DNA from: Wolbachia endosymbiont of Drosophila innubila
GTDB lineage: Bacteria > Pseudomonadota > Alphaproteobacteria > Rickettsiales > Anaplasmataceae
Direction of reading: 5' to 3'
Assembly: GCF_021378375.1 (NCBI RefSeq)
Contig: NZ_CP076228.1
Coordinates: forward strand, 570,001 to 602,000
Length of the DNA stretch: 32,000 bases
In this document: positions 28,579 to 32,000 of the stretch, piece after piece
Layout of the letters: each line of letters starts with the position of its first letter
How positions within the stretch are numbered: position 1 is the first letter of the stretch
Translations under genes and position numbers: made by a program
Notes under the pieces: model-generated
Seen by the model: the letters and a program-made list of their open reading frames with translations, nothing else
Told to the model about the DNA's origin: nothing
Database searches by the model: none

Positions 28579-28616
28579 TAAAAACTAGATCCAGCGTCAC
28601 GCGCTGGAATGACACC
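28533..28616. repeat. Palindromic hairpin repeat element, two-arm copy overlapping the ankyrin gene 3' end
   Basis: AGGATGTCATCCCAGTG-CCCAGA-CACTGGGATCCAG..(20 nt)..GATCCAGCG-TCAC-GCGCTGGAATGACACC. The ankyrin stop codon (28576-78) lies between the arms. Confidence 0.85.
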
Positions 28617-28662
28617 CTCTGGTGGGCTCAAACCATATGAGTAGCCAACACTGCCACTATAC

Positions 28663-31401
28663 TTACCTAGCAAATTTAGATCTAACACTAAACTGTGCTG
28701 CCACTAACTTTGCAATCGGTACTCTATAGGGTGAGCATGAAACATAATCCACCCCTGATTCGATGAGAAACTCTATAGATTTTGGATCTGCTCCATGCTC
28801 TCCACATATACCCAGTTTTATTTCTTTTCGGGTTTTTTTGCCTCTTTCAATGGCCATCTTGATTAACTCCCCTACCCCTTCGATGTCCAGCACTTCAAAT
28901 GGGTCGTTTTCGAATATGTTGCTTTCCTTATAAGAATCGAGGAAATTAACTGAATCATCTCTTGAAAGTCCCATGGTTGTTTGCGTTAAATCATTAGTGC
29001 CAAAACTAAAGAACTCTGCATGTTTTGCTAACTTATCAGCAATCAGTGCTGCTCTTGGTAGTTCTATCATCGTTCCAATTGAATAAGCCTTGTCTGATGT
29101 CATTCCAGCGCGTGAAGCTGGAATCTGCGTCTGGATCCCAGCTGAGATAACAGAGGATTCTTTCTTTGCTAGCTCGCATATCAGAATAAATTCTTTCTCG
29201 CTCATGATAAAAGGAATCATGATTTCAGGCTCCACTTCTATCTTCTTTTCTTTCTTTAATTCACTTGCAGCACTAAGTATTGCCCTAATCTGCATGCTAT
29301 ATATTTCAGGATGAGAAATAGCAAGTCTACAACCTCGATGGCCAAGCATTGGGTTCTTTTCTGATAACTGTGCTATTTTATTTTTTACTGACTCAACTGA
29401 CTTACTAAGTGATTTGGCAATTTTTTCTATAGTAGACTGATCATTGGGTAAAAATTCATGCAAAGGTGGATCAAGCAACCGTATAGTGACTTCCCTGCCC
29501 TCCATAATAGAAAATATTTCTTTGAAATCAGACTTTTGCATTTCTTCTAGTTTAATGAGCGCATTTGCCCTTTCATTTTCATCGTCAGCTATTATCAACT
29601 TTTGAATGAATTCGATTCTATCACTAGCGAAAAACATATGTTCTGTGCGACATAAGCCTATACCTTCTGCACCGAATTCTTTTGCAATTTTTGCGTCTTT
29701 TGGAGTATCAGCGTTCGCTCTCACTTTGACCGTTTTGATTTCACCTATCCAGTTGATTACCGTTTTGAATTCTTGCGATAATTCAGGTGAAATTGTAGGG
29801 AGAATGCCAAGCATAACCTCCCCTGTTCCTCCGTTGATGGTAATTGGTTCACCTTTATTTACTTTTGTATCCCCTACAGAAAAGAAAGTTCCATCTTTAT
29901 CGATATAAAGTCCACTCACACTGCAAATGCATGGCTTACCCATTCCACGGGTTACAACAGCAGCATGCGAGGTCATCCCTCCCCGTGCTGTTACTATGCC
30001 ACTTGCAGCATTCATTCCATTAATATCTTCAGGACTCGTTTCTGACCTTACTAAAATCACTTTTTTGCCCTGCTCTGCAGCTTTTTCAGCATCACTTGCA
30101 CTAAACACTACATATCCAGAAGCAACCCCTGGAGAAGCCGGCAGCCCCTTCCCTATTACTTTTTGGTCACTCTTAACGTCAAGAACTGGATGCAATAAAT
30201 TGTCAAAGGTTTTTGGATCAATTCTCAATATTCCTTCTTCTTTTGTAATCGTTCCTTCGTTTACCATATCAACTATTATGCGAATAGCAGCTTCAGCCGT
30301 GCGCTTGCCAGACCTAGTCTGCAAAATCCATAACTTACCGTCCTGCACAGTAAATTCGATATCCTGCATGTCTTTATAATGCCTTTCAAGTTTTTCACAT
30401 ACCACGCATAATTCTCGGTAGACACTTGGCAGCAACTTCTCCATGGTGTTTTTTTGCTCTCCGTCAATTGGCATAGGAGTATAAACACCAGAAACCACAT
30501 CCTCACCCTGAGCATTAATCAGAAATTCACCAAAGTATTTTTTTTCTCCAGTTGAAGGATTTCGTGTAAATATCACACCAGTTGCAGAATTATCATTTAA
30601 ATTACCAAAAACCATTGCTTGCACGTTGACCGCTGTTCCAAGGTTTTCAGGAATATTATGTATTTTTCTATAGGAAACAGCCCTATCATTTTTCCAAGAA
30701 GCAAATACTGCATTCACTGAGCTGAGCAATTGCTCTTCAACGTTCTGCGGAAAATGTTTTCCTGTTTTTTCATGTACTATCCTTTTGAAATTGTTAACAA
30801 TTTCTTTTAAAACATCAACATCAAGATCAGCTAAGCTTTTTGCTCCACTCTTTTGCTGCTTATTATCAACAACATCTTGAAATAGGTGATGATCAAGCTG
30901 TAGTACAACATTGGAGTACATCATGATGAAACGGCAGTAGCTATCGTAAGCAAAACGTTCGCCACTTTTTTTTGCAAGCCCAACAACGGTTTCATCATTT
31001 AGACCAACATTTAAAATAGTATCAAGCATGCCCGGCATTGAACTAACACTACCAGAGCGTATGGAAACTAATAAGGGATTATTTAAATCCCCAAATTTAC
31101 AACCGATGTCATTTTCAAGCATCGCCATGTAGTTTTTGATTCCACTACATATGTCATTCCAGTGCGTGACCACATTTTTTTCTGGATCCGAGTAGTCAGC
31201 TACTTGGATAACAGAAGATCTATTGTCTTGATAATAGACTTTGCAAGCAGAGGTGGAAATTGTGAAACCAGGTGGAACAGGAATGCCAACATTGCACATT
31301 TCTGCTAAATTTGCCCCCTTTCCTCCCAGCAGATTTTTCATTTCTGCATTGCCTTCGCATTTACCCTGGCTAAAGTAATGTATTAACTTTTCCCCCATCA
31401 T
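28663..31401 (-). CDS. ppdK: Pyruvate, phosphate dikinase with two in-frame repeat insertions
   Basis: NLLGGKGANLAEM, phosphohistidine region GGMTSHAAVVTRGMGKPC, and C-terminal GLCRTEHMF...FFSFGTNDLTQ. The ATGATG at 31401 is preceded by GGAG; an upstream ATG at 31437 is also in frame. Confidence 0.93.
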   Translation of the reverse strand: MMGEKLIHYFSQGKCEGNAEMKNLLGGKGANLAEMCNVGIPVPPGFTISTSACKVYYQDNRSSVIQVADYSDPEKNVVTHWNDICSGIKNYMAMLENDIGCKFGDLNNPLLVSIRSGSVSSMPGMLDTILNVGLNDETVVGLAKKSGERFAYDSYCRFIMMYSNVVLQLDHHLFQDVVDNKQQKSGAKSLADLDVDVLKEIVNNFKRIVHEKTGKHFPQNVEEQLLSSVNAVFASWKNDRAVSYRKIHNIPENLGTAVNVQAMVFGNLNDNSATGVIFTRNPSTGEKKYFGEFLINAQGEDVVSGVYTPMPIDGEQKNTMEKLLPSVYRELCVVCEKLERHYKDMQDIEFTVQDGKLWILQTRSGKRTAEAAIRIIVDMVNEGTITKEEGILRIDPKTFDNLLHPVLDVKSDQKVIGKGLPASPGVASGYVVFSASDAEKAAEQGKKVILVRSETSPEDINGMNAASGIVTARGGMTSHAAVVTRGMGKPCICSVSGLYIDKDGTFFSVGDTKVNKGEPITINGGTGEVMLGILPTISPELSQEFKTVINWIGEIKTVKVRANADTPKDAKIAKEFGAEGIGLCRTEHMFFASDRIEFIQKLIIADDENERANALIKLEEMQKSDFKEIFSIMEGREVTIRLLDPPLHEFLPNDQSTIEKIAKSLSKSVESVKNKIAQLSEKNPMLGHRGCRLAISHPEIYSMQIRAILSAASELKKEKKIEVEPEIMIPFIMSEKEFILICELAKKESSVISAGIQTQIPASRAGMTSDKAYSIGTMIELPRAALIADKLAKHAEFFSFGTNDLTQTTMGLSRDDSVNFLDSYKESNIFENDPFEVLDIEGVGELIKMAIERGKKTRKEIKLGICGEHGADPKSIEFLIESGVDYVSCSPYRVPIAKLVAAQFSVRSKFAR
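29093..29151. repeat. Palindromic hairpin repeat element, copy inside ppdK (C-terminal domain)
   Basis: TCTGATGTCATTCCAGC-GCGTGAA-GCTGGAATCTGCGTCTGGATCCCAGCTGAGATAAC. It is translated as SAGIQTQIPASRAGMTSD. Confidence 0.8.
31151..31212. repeat. Palindromic hairpin repeat element, internally deleted copy inside ppdK (N-terminal domain)
   Basis: ATGTCATTCCAGTGCGTGAC + CACATTTTTTT + CTGGATCCGAGTAGTCAGCTACTTGGATAAC. It lacks the 3' half of the first stem and is translated as VIQVADYSDPEKNVVTHWNDI. Confidence 0.8.
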
Positions 31402-31554
31402 TTTCTCCGGATTTTCACTGATAAACACATTGTACATATAGCTCCAATAAACCTGTGAGAACTTGAAACCTTAGGATAATAAATTTTACAAAATTTTGCA
31501 ACAACGTTCCTTACAACAACATCAGTAAAGTTAACAAAAAAGACGACAAATTAT

Positions 31555-31583
31555 TGAATTATTATTAATAAGAATATATAATA
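31555..31583 (+). promoter_or_regulatory. Candidate sigma70-type promoter for the Rpn-family gene
   Basis: TTGAAT (31555-60), a 17-nt spacer, then TATAAT (31578-83), 26 nt upstream of the ATG. The region is very AT-rich, so a chance match is possible. Confidence 0.3.
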
Positions 31584-31608
31584 TAAAGATACATTTAAAA
31601 ATTTTTTT

Positions 31609-31854
31609 ATGGCTCTTTCTAAATTTCTCGACCCCAAGAATGATGTTGCGTTCCGGCGTATTTTTGGTACTGAAAAAAATAAAGACATCCTCATTCACTT
31701 TCTCAATGATATTTTGGGGTTCACTGGCAAAGATGAAATAAAAGAAATAGAATTCCTCAGCACTATTCAAGATGCTGAAATTGCCTCTAAAAAACAAAGT
31801 ATCGTTGATGTTCTTTGCAGAGATTCTAGTGGGAACAGGTATATAATTGAGATG
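31609..31854 (+). pseudogene. Rpn-family (PD-(D/E)XK) recombination-promoting nuclease / putative transposase, N-terminal 82 codons only
   Basis: MALSKFLDPKNDVAFRRIFGTEKNKDILIHFLNDILG...DVLCRDSSGNRYIIEM matches the N-terminal nuclease core of this family. Similarity ends at 31854 and the ORF stops 11 codons later. Confidence 0.65.
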
Positions 31855-32000
31855 GTGCGACCTGAAAGCCTTCGGTCATATTGTTTATAAAAGGAGAGGA
31901 ATTCATTCAGAAAGAAACTGAAAGGATTCTAAAGCTTATTGAGCCAGATGTTTTGCCATCTGAGTCTACGCATCAGTGCGAATTGGGTAACCAGTTGGTG
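31855..32000 (+). mobile_element. Possible 5' end of a group II intron (domain I) inserted in the Rpn-family gene; continues past the window
   Basis: It starts with GTGCG (31855-59), the group II 5' consensus GUGYG, exactly where Rpn similarity ends. The stretch is more GC-rich and stem-forming (GACCTGAAAGCCTTCGGTC). Confidence 0.4.

Noticed and set aside
22061-31212. Whether the recurring hairpin repeats form a CRISPR array.
   Set aside because: The copies are kilobases apart, lie in both orientations, sit inside genes, and have no regular repeat-spacer periodicity. No cas genes are present.
31866-32000. 45-codon open frame running to the window edge (..GEEFIQKETERILKLIEPDVLPSESTHQCELGNQLV).
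   Set aside because: It has no start codon or family resemblance and falls within the stretch that begins with the group II intron 5' consensus. It cannot be evaluated without downstream sequence, so it is not called as a CDS.

Overview
AT-rich Rickettsiales-type chromosome segment, most consistent with a Wolbachia endosymbiont: it carries ISWpi1-like IS5-family elements, a degraded group II intron, an ankyrin-repeat gene and hairpin repeats translated inside genes. Bases ~1,800-21,340 are a conserved minus-strand core. It runs tRNA-Tyr, tRNA-Gly, tuf, then the fused S10-spc-alpha ribosomal-protein cluster (rpsJ to rplQ, with secY, adk, rpoA), a YraN-family gene, atpH-atpA, greA, ribB and an M48/TPR peptidase. 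The left edge has the fabG 3' end and a VirB2/TrbC-like pilin gene. Bases ~21,450-32,000 mix housekeeping and accessory content: carA, a 4-TM hypothetical protein, a group II intron remnant cut by an IS, glpX, a frameshifted ankyrin/TM gene, ppdK, and an Rpn-family nuclease gene that appears interrupted by a second group II intron. Main observations follow. (1) A short palindromic repeat family has five loci; three are translated in-frame inside carA and ppdK, and one supplies the C-terminus and stop codon of the ankyrin gene. (2) tuf is split by a 1-nt deficit in a T4 run. (3) Two inverted, near-identical IS copies bracket 23.4 kb containing the whole ribosomal cluster, and each copy carries a different homopolymer lesion. 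(4) There is a nested IS/group II intron/gene-fragment scar with a recognisable intron domain V. I found no complete multi-gene system that is clearly new. The repeat family and the bilobed-TM proteins are the most promising leads.
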